From IMG/VR virus record IMGVR_UViG_3300042881_003198, positions 1 through 64,000 of that record: 64,000 bases of DNA. The stretch is one strand, 5' to 3'. Below the pieces are notes generated by a model. That model saw only the letters and a program-made list of their open reading frames with translations. It had not been told where the DNA came from and searched no databases. This document shows positions 30,722 to 39,710 of this stretch, piece after piece. The position numbers and the translations under genes were made by a program. Numbering within the stretch: position 1 is the stretch's first letter; every line of letters begins with the position of its first letter. Source of the stretch: an uncultured virus (IMG/VR IMGVR_UViG_3300042881_003198) (taxonomy: Duplodnaviria > Heunggongvirae > Uroviricota > Caudoviricetes).

Positions 30722-31656
30722 TATTTTAAGGAATCATGGTGGGAATTTTCTATAAACCATTGATAGGTTTTTTTCAATCCATCATATAAAGTATATTTTG
30801 GTTTCCATCCAAAATTTGTCATTTTTGAACAATCCAATGGTCTGTTTGGAGTACCATTCGGACGAGAAGTATCCCATTCAATTTCACCAGTATAACCAAC
30901 AACAGATGCTACAGTTTGTGCTAAATTCTTAATACTAATATTTTCTCCAGATCCAACATTAATCAATTCAGCATTCTCAAAATTATCCATCGCAAATAAA
31001 CAAGCATCCGCAAGGTCATCAGAATAAAGAAATTCTCGCATTGGAGTACCATCTCCCCAAAAAGTTACAGATTTTCCATTTGAGTTATTAAATTTTGTCA
31101 TCATTGCCGGAATTACATGACCATTATCTGGATGAAAATTATCTCCAATACCATAAAGATTCGATGGCATTAGTGAGACTCCTTTAAATCCATACTGTTT
31201 ATTATATGCCTGAAGCATTTTAATTCCAGATATCTTTGCTATAGCATAAGCATCATTTGTTGGTTCAAGATATCCAGTAAGAAGAGATTCCTCTTTAACC
31301 GGGACTTCAGCAAACTTGGGATAGATGCAAACAGATCCAAGAAATAAGAACTTTTCTACACCAGATCTATAAGAACTATTAATCAAATTAGTTTGAATTT
31401 GTATGTTCTCGTAGATAAAATCTCCAGAGAATGTATCATTTGCATAGATACCACCAACACGGGCAGCTGCATCAAAAACATACTCTGGTTTTTGATCTTC
31501 AAAAAAATCAAGAACATCTTTTTGATTTAAAAGATCCAACTCTTGACGAGTTTTAGTAAGAATATTTGTATATCCATTTTCTTTTAAGTTTCTCACAATG
31601 GCAGATCCAACAAGTCCTCGGTGTCCCGCAACAAATATTTTAGATTGTTTTTTCAT
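30721..31656 (-). CDS. fcl: GDP-L-fucose synthase
   Basis: VAGHRGLVGSA, AARVGGI, LEPTNDAYAIAK, WGDGTPMREFLY. Confidence 0.93.
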   Translation of the reverse strand: MKKQSKIFVAGHRGLVGSAIVRNLKENGYTNILTKTRQELDLLNQKDVLDFFEDQKPEYVFDAAARVGGIYANDTFSGDFIYENIQIQTNLINSSYRSGVEKFLFLGSVCIYPKFAEVPVKEESLLTGYLEPTNDAYAIAKISGIKMLQAYNKQYGFKGVSLMPSNLYGIGDNFHPDNGHVIPAMMTKFNNSNGKSVTFWGDGTPMREFLYSDDLADACLFAMDNFENAELINVGSGENISIKNLAQTVASVVGYTGEIEWDTSRPNGTPNRPLDCSKMTNFGWKPKYTLYDGLKKTYQWFIENSHHDSLK

Positions 31657-31660
31657 GATA

Positions 31661-32899
31661 TTAAGGAATTACAATTTCGGCATTGGGGAGTGGGAACAAT
31701 AATTTTTTACCTTTGAACTTTGTACTATTAATAAAGAAATTTTTAAAGTGCCAAGGAAGAATTATAAAAATATCATATTCTTCAATTACAGAATCTTCAT
31801 TTCTAATTGGTATCCAAGTTCCTGGTGTAAATGATCCATCTTTATCAGGATTAACTTCACCTACAACAGTAATATCATCATTAGTAACCCCCCAAGTTTG
31901 AAGTGTTACATTACCCTTTGTACTAGCTCCAAGGGCAGCAATTTTTAATCCATCTTCTTTACACTTGTTAATAAGTTGCCAAAACTTAATTCTACATTCT
32001 TCAATGCGGAAAGAAAAATCATTCCAAGGTTCAGTAGTGTTAAGTTTAAGATCCAATTCTTCTTGAAGAAGATCATTTAACATTTGAGTTGCCTCTTCAT
32101 ATTTACTGTCTTTATTTGCAACTACAAGTGAAATGCTTCCACCATTTACATCATTAAATTCAAAATCAATAATCTTCAATCCTGCCTGATCCATGATGTA
32201 TTTTAGTTGTCGCATTCCATAATATGATAGATGCTCATGGCATACAGTATCAAAAGAATTTGCACGAAGCATCTCAGGCATATAACTCTGCTCCAAAACC
32301 CAAATTCCATCTTCGGGATCTAAAATAGAATTAACCTCTTTAGCAAACTGACAAGGATCTTCTAAGTCATAGAACATTGAAAATGAAGTTACTAACTTTG
32401 CATTAAAATCTCCAAAGAATTGTCTAAAAGTTTTTTCAGTAAAAAAGTCTGCGATATAATCTACATGTTCTTTGAAATACTTTGAAAACTTTTTAGAAGT
32501 TGGATCAATACTTACCAGTTTTAATTCTGGTGAAAAGAATCCAAGGAATGTTCCATCATTTCCGGCAATATCAATCACAATATCATTTTCTTTTAGATCA
32601 AGAAAATTAGAAATTTTTTCACACTTAGATTTTAGATGTTTTACCATACTGGCATTTAATCCAGAACGATACCCATATTCTTCCCCATACATCGTAGGAA
32701 GATCAAAGGTATGCTCCAATTGAACGTGCCCACATCCACCCGTTAATTCATCACACTTAACAAGTTTTAAGGGACCACGATACATATCAAAATCTATAGA
32801 TTTTGGAAAAATTCCAGATAGATATTGATTTCCCAGGTCTAAAACTGTGGAATAATGTTCATTACCACAGACTCTACATTTTTCTATTTTATGAAACAT
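31661..32899 (-). CDS. SAM-dependent NDP-sugar C-methyltransferase-like protein
   Basis: CRVCG zinc-binding N-terminus, YGYRS, DIAGNDG, CHEHLSYY, GASTKGN, LPWHF. Confidence 0.8.
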   Translation of the reverse strand: MFHKIEKCRVCGNEHYSTVLDLGNQYLSGIFPKSIDFDMYRGPLKLVKCDELTGGCGHVQLEHTFDLPTMYGEEYGYRSGLNASMVKHLKSKCEKISNFLDLKENDIVIDIAGNDGTFLGFFSPELKLVSIDPTSKKFSKYFKEHVDYIADFFTEKTFRQFFGDFNAKLVTSFSMFYDLEDPCQFAKEVNSILDPEDGIWVLEQSYMPEMLRANSFDTVCHEHLSYYGMRQLKYIMDQAGLKIIDFEFNDVNGGSISLVVANKDSKYEEATQMLNDLLQEELDLKLNTTEPWNDFSFRIEECRIKFWQLINKCKEDGLKIAALGASTKGNVTLQTWGVTNDDITVVGEVNPDKDGSFTPGTWIPIRNEDSVIEEYDIFIILPWHFKNFFINSTKFKGKKLLFPLPNAEIVIP

Positions 32900-32900
32900 A

Positions 32901-33902
32901 CTATTGTCCATAAATGCACATATCCTCAACTAATTGTTTAAATAAAATTTTAGGTTCCCAACCTAATTTTTTCTTTGCCTTAGTGGCATCACCTAATAAA
33001 GTCTCTACTTCAGCAGGTCTAAAATATTTAGGATTGACCTGAATGACTTGGTTTCCAGAATAAGTATCATATCCAACTTCATCAAGTCCTTCACCTTCCC
33101 AAGCAATCTTCATTCCAAAATAGGGTGCTGCTTCCTCAACGAACTCACGCACCGAATACTGCTCTCCTGTGGCGATTACATAGTCATCAGGTTCATCCTG
33201 CTGAAGCATTAACCACATCGCCTCTACAAAGTCCCTGGCGTGTCCCCAGTCCCTCTTGGCATTTAAATTCCCGAGATATAGTATATCTTGTTCCCCAACT
33301 GAAATGCGTGATAATCCTCTAGTGATTTTTCTTGTGACAAAAGTTTCTCCTCTTCTAGGGGATTCGTGATTGAAAAGAATTCCAGAACTTGCGTGTAGTC
33401 CGTAAGATTCTCTGTAGTTTTTTGTAATCCAGTATCCATAGACTTTTGCAACTCCATAAGGTGAACGAGGATAAAAAGGCGTGGTTTCTTTTTGAGGAAT
33501 TTCTTGTACTTTACCAAACATTTCTGATGTTGATGCTTGATAGATACGAGTCTTATTTTCCATTCCAAGAAGACGAACTGATTCTAAAATACGAAGAGTT
33601 CCAAGACCATCAACCATACCAGTATATTCAGGCATCTCAAAAGAAACCTTTACGTGACTTTGAGCACCTAGATTATATATTTCATCGGGTTGAACTTGCT
33701 GAATAACTCTCACAAGATTTGTAGAGTCAGTAAGATCTCCATAATGCAACTTAATTTGATTGTAAATATGATCTATTCTTTGCGTATTGATTTGGGAGGC
33801 ACGACGAATAATACCGTGAACTTCATATCCTTTTTCCAAAAGAAGTTCGGCAAGATATGAACCATCTTGCCCCGTGATCCCAGAAATTAAAGCAACTTTC
33901 AT
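32901..33902 (-). CDS. gmd: GDP-mannose 4,6-dehydratase
   Basis: [41 protein letters not shown]. Confidence 0.96.
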   Translation of the reverse strand: MKVALISGITGQDGSYLAELLLEKGYEVHGIIRRASQINTQRIDHIYNQIKLHYGDLTDSTNLVRVIQQVQPDEIYNLGAQSHVKVSFEMPEYTGMVDGLGTLRILESVRLLGMENKTRIYQASTSEMFGKVQEIPQKETTPFYPRSPYGVAKVYGYWITKNYRESYGLHASSGILFNHESPRRGETFVTRKITRGLSRISVGEQDILYLGNLNAKRDWGHARDFVEAMWLMLQQDEPDDYVIATGEQYSVREFVEEAAPYFGMKIAWEGEGLDEVGYDTYSGNQVIQVNPKYFRPAEVETLLGDATKAKKKLGWEPKILFKQLVEDMCIYGQ

Positions 33903-33930
33903 ATAAGAACTACTTTTTTATTATTATAGC

Positions 33931-33960
33931 AAAAAAGGAGAGTTTATGCAACTCCCCCTT
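33931..33960 (-). terminator. Rho-independent terminator
   Basis: AAGGGGGAGTT-gcata-AACTCTCCTTTTTT on minus. Confidence 0.65.
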
Positions 33961-33961
33961 T

Positions 33962-34125
33962 GGGGTCTTTAGGCTCGCCACTTATTCTTTGACTGGAAAT
34001 AAGAAACCAGGCGGGAGAGAGTCCCATCCGCACCAGTCGTCACTTATAATGCCCATACGACGAGGGCAAATCAGGGTTTGAACTTGACTCCACCACTTGG
34101 TTTTACGAAACCAAGAAAAGTTGGG
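33962..34125 (-). ncRNA. Structured RNA, manA-motif-like
   Basis: Repeated modules ending in TGGYG; H-type pseudoknots (CTGG/CCAG with CTTATT/AATAAG; TGCCC/GGGCA with TCGTC/GACGA); GGTGCGGATGGG...CCCGCC; upstream of gmd; family name from recall. Confidence 0.6.
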
Positions 34126-34330
34126 ATAATTTTGATATCTCAGAAATGCCAAAAAATGATATTAAAAATAACACATCCCAGAGTTTGAGCTTGATAGCAA
34201 AAGGAATACCGAGTAGTCCTCCGATAAATTTTATCATCAAACCACTTTTAAAATCTCCCCACAACATGATTTGATAACCAAGTAAGAGGAGAAAGTTGCC
34301 AATGTATCTCAGGATACTTGTTTTAGACAT
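34103..34330 (-). CDS. Small hydrophobic hypothetical protein
   Basis: 75 aa with 2-3 predicted TM segments. Confidence 0.55.
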   Translation of the reverse strand: MSKTSILRYIGNFLLLLGYQIMLWGDFKSGLMIKFIGGLLGIPFAIKLKLWDVLFLISFFGISEISKLSQLFLVS

Positions 34331-34358
34331 AAGGGGGATTCATAACTGACAAGTGCTG

Positions 34359-34610
34359 TTATAGACCATCCGTGTCTTCTTTGTCATCTTTTATATAACA
34401 AGGAACTCTTTCTGGATCTAACCACCTACAATATTGGTGATCCTCCATTGCAGTAGAACATTGTAGACTATTATCAAAAAGATAAATATCATTCCATCGT
34501 TTGGTGTAATAATTTTGCTTTTGTAAACGATAATCAGGTTTACCGTTTATCTCAAGAATACCCGATTCAATAAAGCGATATCCTTCACGCTCTAAAAGAA
34601 CTTTAATCAT
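34359..34610 (-). CDS. Hypothetical protein
   Basis: ORF track; ATGA overlap with the upstream gene. Confidence 0.6.
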   Translation of the reverse strand: MIKVLLEREGYRFIESGILEINGKPDYRLQKQNYYTKRWNDIYLFDNSLQCSTAMEDHQYCRWLDPERVPCYIKDDKEDTDGL

Positions 34611-34822
34611 GCAACTTCAACAGATTCAAGATCTTGAGCGATGCACTCAATAAGAATATCATAATTATCCAAAGGATCATCGGAGAAGATTACTCCTTCA
34701 TTTTGATAATAACGACGAATCTTTTTATAAAGTTTCGGATTCTTTACATCAAGATAAAAATCACCATTCGCTGCGGCACGAAGAGTACTAATATCTTTCT
34801 TGAATTTGATAGCCAGAGACAT
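34607..34822 (-). CDS. Hypothetical protein
   Basis: ORF track; TTGACA-17-TATAAT at ~34874-34846. Confidence 0.6.
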   Translation of the reverse strand: MSLAIKFKKDISTLRAAANGDFYLDVKNPKLYKKIRRYYQNEGVIFSDDPLDNYDILIECIAQDLESVEVA

Positions 34823-34898
34823 TGCTTTGATTTGTTTACTCTAGTATTATAAGGGTTGGAGAGTTTTGTGTCAAGTGTACCAGTGAAGAAACTGGCAA

Positions 34899-34970
34899 TC
34901 CAGAAGGTTGGGATCGAACCAACGTCTTCACCGCCCCAAACGGTGCCGTCTACCGCTGACTTACTCCTGG
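34899..34970 (-). tRNA. tRNA-Pro(TGG)
   Basis: Cloverleaf; CACCG-TTTGGGG-CGGTG; GTTCGAT T-loop. Confidence 0.85.
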
Positions 34971-35515
34971 TTATATTTTATATAGTCTTCAATTAGTGGA
35001 GATACTAACTGACGATATCTTGAATGAAACATTCTATGGTGATTTGGGCACAGAGGAATTAAATTATTTGGGTTATTATTTTCCTTGTTACAGTCCATAT
35101 GATGAACTTCAACAATGTGATCAAATCCACAAATGCAGCATTTTTTTGGATGATATTTGAAGCATATTTTTCTATATGCTTTATCACCATCAAATCCATC
35201 TTTAAAGTTTGGATTATTTTCCCCGCTTCTAAAATGTGTATTAGAGCAGGCACGAGAACAAACTGTTTTTTCTCTTTTGTTACCCTTTGATGCTGTAAAT
35301 ATTTTACCACAAACAGGGCATTTTTTTTCAATTAATTCATATTTTCTTGGAGTTTCATACTTTGGTATTTCTACATCATATTGCAAAGCAATTTTTTTAA
35401 GATAAGCACGAGTTGCTCCATTTTCACACAAACCTAACTTTTTTAAAACTTGTGCTGGACCATTTGATCCTACACAAGCACTCAAAAGTTGTTCTTTAGT
35501 GGTATGCCTTTTCAT
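34961..35515 (-). CDS. HNH endonuclease, stop codon inside tRNA-Pro
   Basis: CPVCG...CSRAC, SGENNPN, CCICG...EVHHMD...N...LCPNHH; TATAAATA at 35549-35542. Confidence 0.85.
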   Translation of the reverse strand: MKRHTTKEQLLSACVGSNGPAQVLKKLGLCENGATRAYLKKIALQYDVEIPKYETPRKYELIEKKCPVCGKIFTASKGNKREKTVCSRACSNTHFRSGENNPNFKDGFDGDKAYRKICFKYHPKKCCICGFDHIVEVHHMDCNKENNNPNNLIPLCPNHHRMFHSRYRQLVSPLIEDYIKYNQE

Positions 35516-35583
35516 AAAAGATAAAAACCTTTTCTTATAACTATTTATAAAAGTAATAAGTTTCGGGATTATCTCAAAACAAG

Positions 35584-35706
35584 TTACTTACCATTTTGTT
35601 TGTGTATAAGCATTATACCCATAATCGGGGCAACTGTCAATCCTGCCCCACAAAGACCCAACCAAACTGGACTTTGTGCCAGATATTCCACAATGTGAAA
35701 AATCAT
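35584..35706 (-). CDS. Small membrane peptide (40 aa)
   Basis: MIFHIVEYLAQSPVWLGLCGAGLTVAPIMGIMLIHKQNGK read by hand; GAGG upstream. Confidence 0.45.
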   Translation of the reverse strand: MIFHIVEYLAQSPVWLGLCGAGLTVAPIMGIMLIHKQNGK

Positions 35707-35888
35707 ATTCCTCTCCAATTCTTATATTCATAATGGAAGTATTGATCTACAATATCGCCTAATGGAGCATCTACCCCCCATTCAGACCATTCCCTACAAA
35801 ACTGTTTGATGTGATTATCATTCAAGACATGTCTGCCATAAGACCTTACAAAGCAAGTCATAGCGAAACTATATCTTTGCTTATCCAT
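35703..35888 (-). CDS. Hypothetical protein
   Basis: ORF track; resembles 11815..12021. Confidence 0.55.
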   Translation of the reverse strand: MDKQRYSFAMTCFVRSYGRHVLNDNHIKQFCREWSEWGVDAPLGDIVDQYFHYEYKNWRGI

Positions 35889-35959
35889 ATGCGTGCGTAA
35901 GACTCCACTGAATGAAGAATGAAATTAATCCGAGAAGAATAACAGCAACTATAAGTGTG

Positions 35960-36112
35960 TTAGTCATTCTTATCTCCAAGATACTTTGCGAGAGGATCTT
36001 TTTTGGTTTTGACTATTTCACACGCTCTTCGGTAAAATGTATTGTCAGTATTACCAGAGTTTTCAAAGGTTGCTTTAATTTTCACCCAATTTTGGTAAGT
36101 GTGATCATCCAT
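35960..36112 (-). CDS. Hypothetical protein
   Basis: Likely start MDDHTYQNWVKIK. Confidence 0.5.
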   Translation of the reverse strand: MDDHTYQNWVKIKATFENSGNTDNTFYRRACEIVKTKKDPLAKYLGDKND

Positions 36113-36226
36113 TGGGAATTTAGTTTGATACTTACTAGTTATCTTAGTAAGTATTTTGCAAATGTCAACTATGTGTTGATACAAAAATATAGATTAAAAA
36201 AATCTAAAATTTTGTAGCATTTGTAA

Positions 36227-36309
36227 CGGAGAGAACAGGAATCGAACCTGCGAAGCTTTTAAACCCAGCCGCTTTCAAGGCGGTGTCCTCGACCAACCGG
36301 ACTCTCTCC
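36227..36309 (-). tRNA. tRNA-Ser(TGA), shortened acceptor/D-arm junction
   Basis: CCGC-CTTGAAA-GCGG anticodon arm, long variable arm, GTTCGAT. Confidence 0.85.
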
Positions 36310-36319
36310 AAATAAGTCC

Positions 36320-36580
36320 TTATCGGACTTCAAAATCTAAGCGTCTTACTTTACGCCGACGCCTTGCTTCTTGAAAGGCAAGGTCTTCATTAGTAAGAAC
36401 ATTAGATTTCTCTTTGGTACTCATATAGTTTATTATGACAACCTTTGATAAGTCAAGTGCCGCAATATTTTCATTATTACGAACAGTTGCCATATTAGGG
36501 CATCCACACGCAACTGTTTTTCCAGACTTTCCTTCTATCTCACTTCCGCAAGATTTACATCTAATTTTTAAATTTTCCAT
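36320..36580 (-). CDS. Hypothetical protein with Cys motifs
   Basis: CKSC...CGCPN. Confidence 0.6.
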   Translation of the reverse strand: MENLKIRCKSCGSEIEGKSGKTVACGCPNMATVRNNENIAALDLSKVVIINYMSTKEKSNVLTNEDLAFQEARRRRKVRRLDFEVR

Positions 36581-36592
36581 CTTTACAATTAA

Positions 36593-37027
36593 TTATTCAG
36601 TAAATGAACGAAGCATCCAAACGAACTTACCGTGTGCTTCATTTAAATCATCAACAAGATTAACAGTTCCTCTTGACTTTTGTGCTTCTGCTTCTTCAGC
36701 AACTTCACCTAACATATCTATAATCTTTTTATGCCCATCAAGTAAATCTTTAATCATTTCCATTTCAGAAATATTAGTTTTTGCTTCCCCAACACCAGAG
36801 ACTTCCAGAACTCTAGATAAAGAGCTGATAGGTTTAATACCCAAAAATCTCATATGTTCTGCTATACGATCAACTTCTTCTTGAATTGCTTCATATTGAT
36901 CTCCAAACAAATCATGAATTTGCTTAAAGTCTGGTCCTACAACATGCCAGTGATAGACCCAGGTTTTTTGGAATAGCAAAAAAAGTGATGCTTGAGTATC
37001 ACTTAATAATTTATAAAGTTTTTCCAT
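36593..37027 (-). CDS. dps: Dps / ferritin-like DNA-protection protein
   Basis: HWHVVGPDFKQIHDLF...VDRIAEH...KFVWMLRS. Confidence 0.9.
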   Translation of the reverse strand: MEKLYKLLSDTQASLFLLFQKTWVYHWHVVGPDFKQIHDLFGDQYEAIQEEVDRIAEHMRFLGIKPISSLSRVLEVSGVGEAKTNISEMEMIKDLLDGHKKIIDMLGEVAEEAEAQKSRGTVNLVDDLNEAHGKFVWMLRSFTE

Positions 37028-37059
37028 TACACCAATACTTTTCAAGTATTTATAATAAG

Positions 37060-37132
37060 TGCCCGATACAGGTAATGCTCCCGTCGATGTCTGAGTGTAA
37101 ATCAGGTCCCTTCACTTGCTGGGTCATCGGGC
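37060..37132 (-). tRNA. tRNA-Val(TAC), non-canonical T-loop
   Basis: Acceptor GCCCGAT/ATCGGGC; CTGA-TTTACAC-TCAG; T-arm ACGGG-AGCATTA-CCTGT. Confidence 0.7.
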
Positions 37133-37139
37133 AATAAAA

Positions 37140-37304
37140 TCAATGAGATCCTAGCATATACTCTACAGTATTGGCAATATCGCTCATAGCATCACGGAGA
37201 TTTTCTCTTTGCCCAGATTCCTGTTTACGAATTGGACGAGAACTATCGCAGAGAGTCCACCTCCAATGATTCATTTCGGAGCAGAACCACAAATTAATTT
37301 TCAT
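37140..37304 (-). CDS. Small hypothetical protein (54 aa)
   Basis: MKINLWFCSEMNHWRWTL...ESGQ...AMSDIANTVEY read by hand. Confidence 0.5.
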   Translation of the reverse strand: MKINLWFCSEMNHWRWTLCDSSRPIRKQESGQRENLRDAMSDIANTVEYMLGSH

Positions 37305-37452
37305 TCTTATAATACTCCAGTTCTATCCAATTAAGAAGTGTTTGAAATGCAGTAATAGAATTCTCGGTGCAGTTATCTTCTTTGAGTTTCTGAACGTAAT
37401 ATTCAAGTGCTTCAATAACCATTTGGCGGTCCATTTGGGATATAAGAGACAT
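37294..37452 (-). CDS. Hypothetical protein
   Basis: MSLISQMDRQMVIEALEYY; GGAGG upstream; TTGACA-17-TATAAT. Confidence 0.55.
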   Translation of the reverse strand: MSLISQMDRQMVIEALEYYVQKLKEDNCTENSITAFQTLLNWIELEYYKNEN

Positions 37453-37531
37453 AATCCTCCTGACTCGATACTTATTATACTGAAAAGGGGAGTCGTTGTC
37501 AACTCCCCAATTCACACTATGTATTCAAATA

Positions 37532-38416
37532 TCAGAACTTGAAACCAAGACCAGTAGTGAAGACTGGTGAGTAAGTTCCATTGGTAGCACCGTAACTGTT
37601 AGCAGAATTGGTGGTAGGGAACTTCAGGTCAGCAAAACCAACGAGTGAATTGCTGATACGACCTTCGACTCCAAGAGCAAGAACAAATTGACCACGATTG
37701 CCGACAGCAGACTGATAGTTAGCAGCAGTTTCATTCACGAAAGGAATCTGATAACCAGCACCAGCATACACATTGGCACGACTCACACCACTCTTGGCAC
37801 GGGAAATACTCCAATCATAGGAAACCAGAGCACCACCACCAGCACCGATTTGACCAGCAGGACTACCAACAAGGTTGGCATAGGGGCGGACCGAAACAGC
37901 ATTCAGATTAGTGAAGTTCTTCACGGCATATCGTGCTTGAATCGTGGCACCAGAAACAGTACGCTGAGCACTGTAACCATTGCCAGCAACACCTTGCTGA
38001 TCGAGAAGCACACCAACACCTAGATAGTTACCAACTCCTTGTGCCTTTTGAGCAGCAGCAACCTCAAGAGCACTCACACGAGTATTGGTTGCAGCAATCT
38101 CTTTAGAGAATTCAGCACGCAGGGCAGCGGCAAGAGCAGCATCAGCAGCGGTTTGATACTCACTAATGCGGTCAAGGCAGGCATTCGTCAGAGCAGCAAG
38201 TTCAGCACGAGTAGCAGGTTGACCGGGACGGAAAGTGCCATCAGGATAACCAGCAACACAACCGTAACGCTCTACCAGATTAGTGATTGCTTGATAAGAC
38301 CACTGGGTGGGTTGAACATCACCCAGTTGCTTAACGCTGGTGACTTGTGCCATTGCAGGAGAAGCGATAGAAGACGCAGCAACTACACCGGCAGCAATAA
38401 TATTTTGAAAAGTCAT
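37532..38416 (-). CDS. SLH-domain outer-membrane protein (cyanobacterial porin-like N-terminus plus short beta-barrel)
   Basis: Signal peptide; QVTSV.QLGDVQPTQWSYQAITNLVERYGCVAGYPDGTFR...TRAE; coiled coil; C-terminal GLGFKF. Confidence 0.8.
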   Translation of the reverse strand: MTFQNIIAAGVVAASSIASPAMAQVTSVKQLGDVQPTQWSYQAITNLVERYGCVAGYPDGTFRPGQPATRAELAALTNACLDRISEYQTAADAALAAALRAEFSKEIAATNTRVSALEVAAAQKAQGVGNYLGVGVLLDQQGVAGNGYSAQRTVSGATIQARYAVKNFTNLNAVSVRPYANLVGSPAGQIGAGGGALVSYDWSISRAKSGVSRANVYAGAGYQIPFVNETAANYQSAVGNRGQFVLALGVEGRISNSLVGFADLKFPTTNSANSYGATNGTYSPVFTTGLGFKF

Positions 38417-38474
38417 ATTGTGTTAAGATTTACAACTACAGTGTTTATTTAGAAGCTCCAGGAATTATGGAGCA

Positions 38475-38546
38475 AGCGGATTAGGGGATTCGAACCCCTG
38501 ACGAACTGCTTGGAAGGCAGCCATTCTACCACTGAATTAAATCCGC
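38475..38546 (-). tRNA. tRNA-Gly(TCC)
   Basis: GCTGC-CTTCCAA-GCAGT; canonical cloverleaf. Confidence 0.92.
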
Positions 38547-38624
38547 AATGTGGGAGATTTGACTCTCCCGGCACTTGCCTTCACACGGACATATGAAGTA
38601 TATGACATAATGAGTATTATGTCA

Positions 38625-38695
38625 AGCCCCATAACAGAATTGAACTGTTCTCTGCAGTTTACAAAACTGCTGCATCACCACAATGCTTATAGGGC
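38625..38695 (-). tRNA. tRNA-Thr(TGT)
   Basis: GCAGT-TTTGTAA-ACTGC; A at position 8. Confidence 0.8.
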
Positions 38696-38696
38696 A

Positions 38697-38850
38697 ACAC
38701 GGGGGTGATCAAATCCCCGACCTAAGAAAACTTAGGATTTAGTAAGGTTTCCAGTAGCCGTTCTTATCTCCCATAAGGAAGATGTAGGTATCGAACCTAC
38801 AAAGGACAGTCCCTAACGGAACTTCTGGGAGTTCCACCCAGAACCGACTT
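38697..38850 (-). ncRNA. Unassigned structured RNA with pseudoknots and a T-loop hairpin
   Basis: TTCTGGG/CCCAGAA with GGAAC/GTTCC; GTAGG-TTCGATA-CCTAC; CCTAAG/CTTAGG; CGGGG/CCCCG. Confidence 0.6.
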
Positions 38851-38862
38851 ATATATGTTACA

Positions 38863-39423
38863 TTATTTTGACGTAGTTGTCAATAGTCCTCGTCGCTGTA
38901 ATCTTTTTTTAATAGAATTTCCATTTACACCAAAAACTCTACCAGTATGAGAATAACCATAACTTTTAACCATTTCTAAAAGTTCTTCATCACTTGGATA
39001 GTTTGCCTTTTCTCTAACCTTTTTAGCACATTTATCAGAGCAATATTTCTGCCTAATAGACATTTCAGAATTACATACTGGACAAGGAATCATTTTTTTA
39101 GTAAACTCACTTTTCCAAATAGTATATTCCTCATCAAATCTTACCACATCATCTGGAATACTGGTAATATCATTATGAACTTCTCTGTGACAGTTAGCAC
39201 AAAGACAAACACATTTTTTGAGTTCATCAGAAACTTTACTCCAAGCACGAGTTACTCCTTTTGAAGATAAACCAAAATCTTTTTCATCAGGATTTAAGTG
39301 ATGAAACTCTAATGCCCCGATACATTTATTATATCCACATATTCCACATTTTTCTTTAAATGCTTTTAAAGCATATTCTTTTGCTCTTCTTCTATAATCA
39401 GAAACTGCTTTTTTATTAGACAT
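38863..39423 (-). CDS. HNH endonuclease within the tRNA cluster
   Basis: CGICGY...ALEFHH...LCANCHREVH; CPVC...CSDKC; C-terminal HTH-like segment. Confidence 0.85.
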   Translation of the reverse strand: MSNKKAVSDYRRRAKEYALKAFKEKCGICGYNKCIGALEFHHLNPDEKDFGLSSKGVTRAWSKVSDELKKCVCLCANCHREVHNDITSIPDDVVRFDEEYTIWKSEFTKKMIPCPVCNSEMSIRQKYCSDKCAKKVREKANYPSDEELLEMVKSYGYSHTGRVFGVNGNSIKKRLQRRGLLTTTSK

Positions 39424-39477
39424 ACCCTACAAATATTTTATTACTATTTATAATAATAGCATATTTCAAGGGTAAAA

Positions 39478-39549
39478 CTCCGAGTGTCAGAATCGAACTG
39501 ACCTATAACAAATTAACAGTTTGCTCCCGCACCTTGCGGGCTACTCGGA
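39478..39549 (-). tRNA. tRNA-Asn(GTT)
   Basis: GCAAA-CTGTTAA-TTTGT; atypical D-arm. Confidence 0.85.
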
Positions 39550-39551
39550 AT

Positions 39552-39603
39552 GATGGCATAAGTGTGATATACCTCATAAGGATATAACAGGGACTTACGC
39601 TCT
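39552..39603 (-). repeat. 52-nt hairpin element, copy 1
   Basis: Near-identical to 39711..39762 with compensatory changes. Confidence 0.8.
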
Positions 39604-39635
39604 ATCACTTTTATATATGGAGAATAAATCTCCAA

Positions 39636-39708
39636 TGGAGAATAGGAGACTCGAACTCCTGACACCCGCCTTGCAAAGGCGATACTCTACCAACTGAGTT
39701 AATTCCCC
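39636..39708 (-). tRNA. tRNA-Ala(TGC)
   Basis: G3.U70 pair; TCGCC-TTTGCAA-GGCGG. Confidence 0.93.
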
Positions 39709-39710
39709 AA

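Noticed and set aside
35562..35577. CGGGATTATCTCA as a tRNA-Pro-like operator for the HNH at 34961..35515
   Set aside because: Only weak similarity to canonical tRNA-Pro 5' ends, and it lies upstream of the promoter, unlike the other three cases
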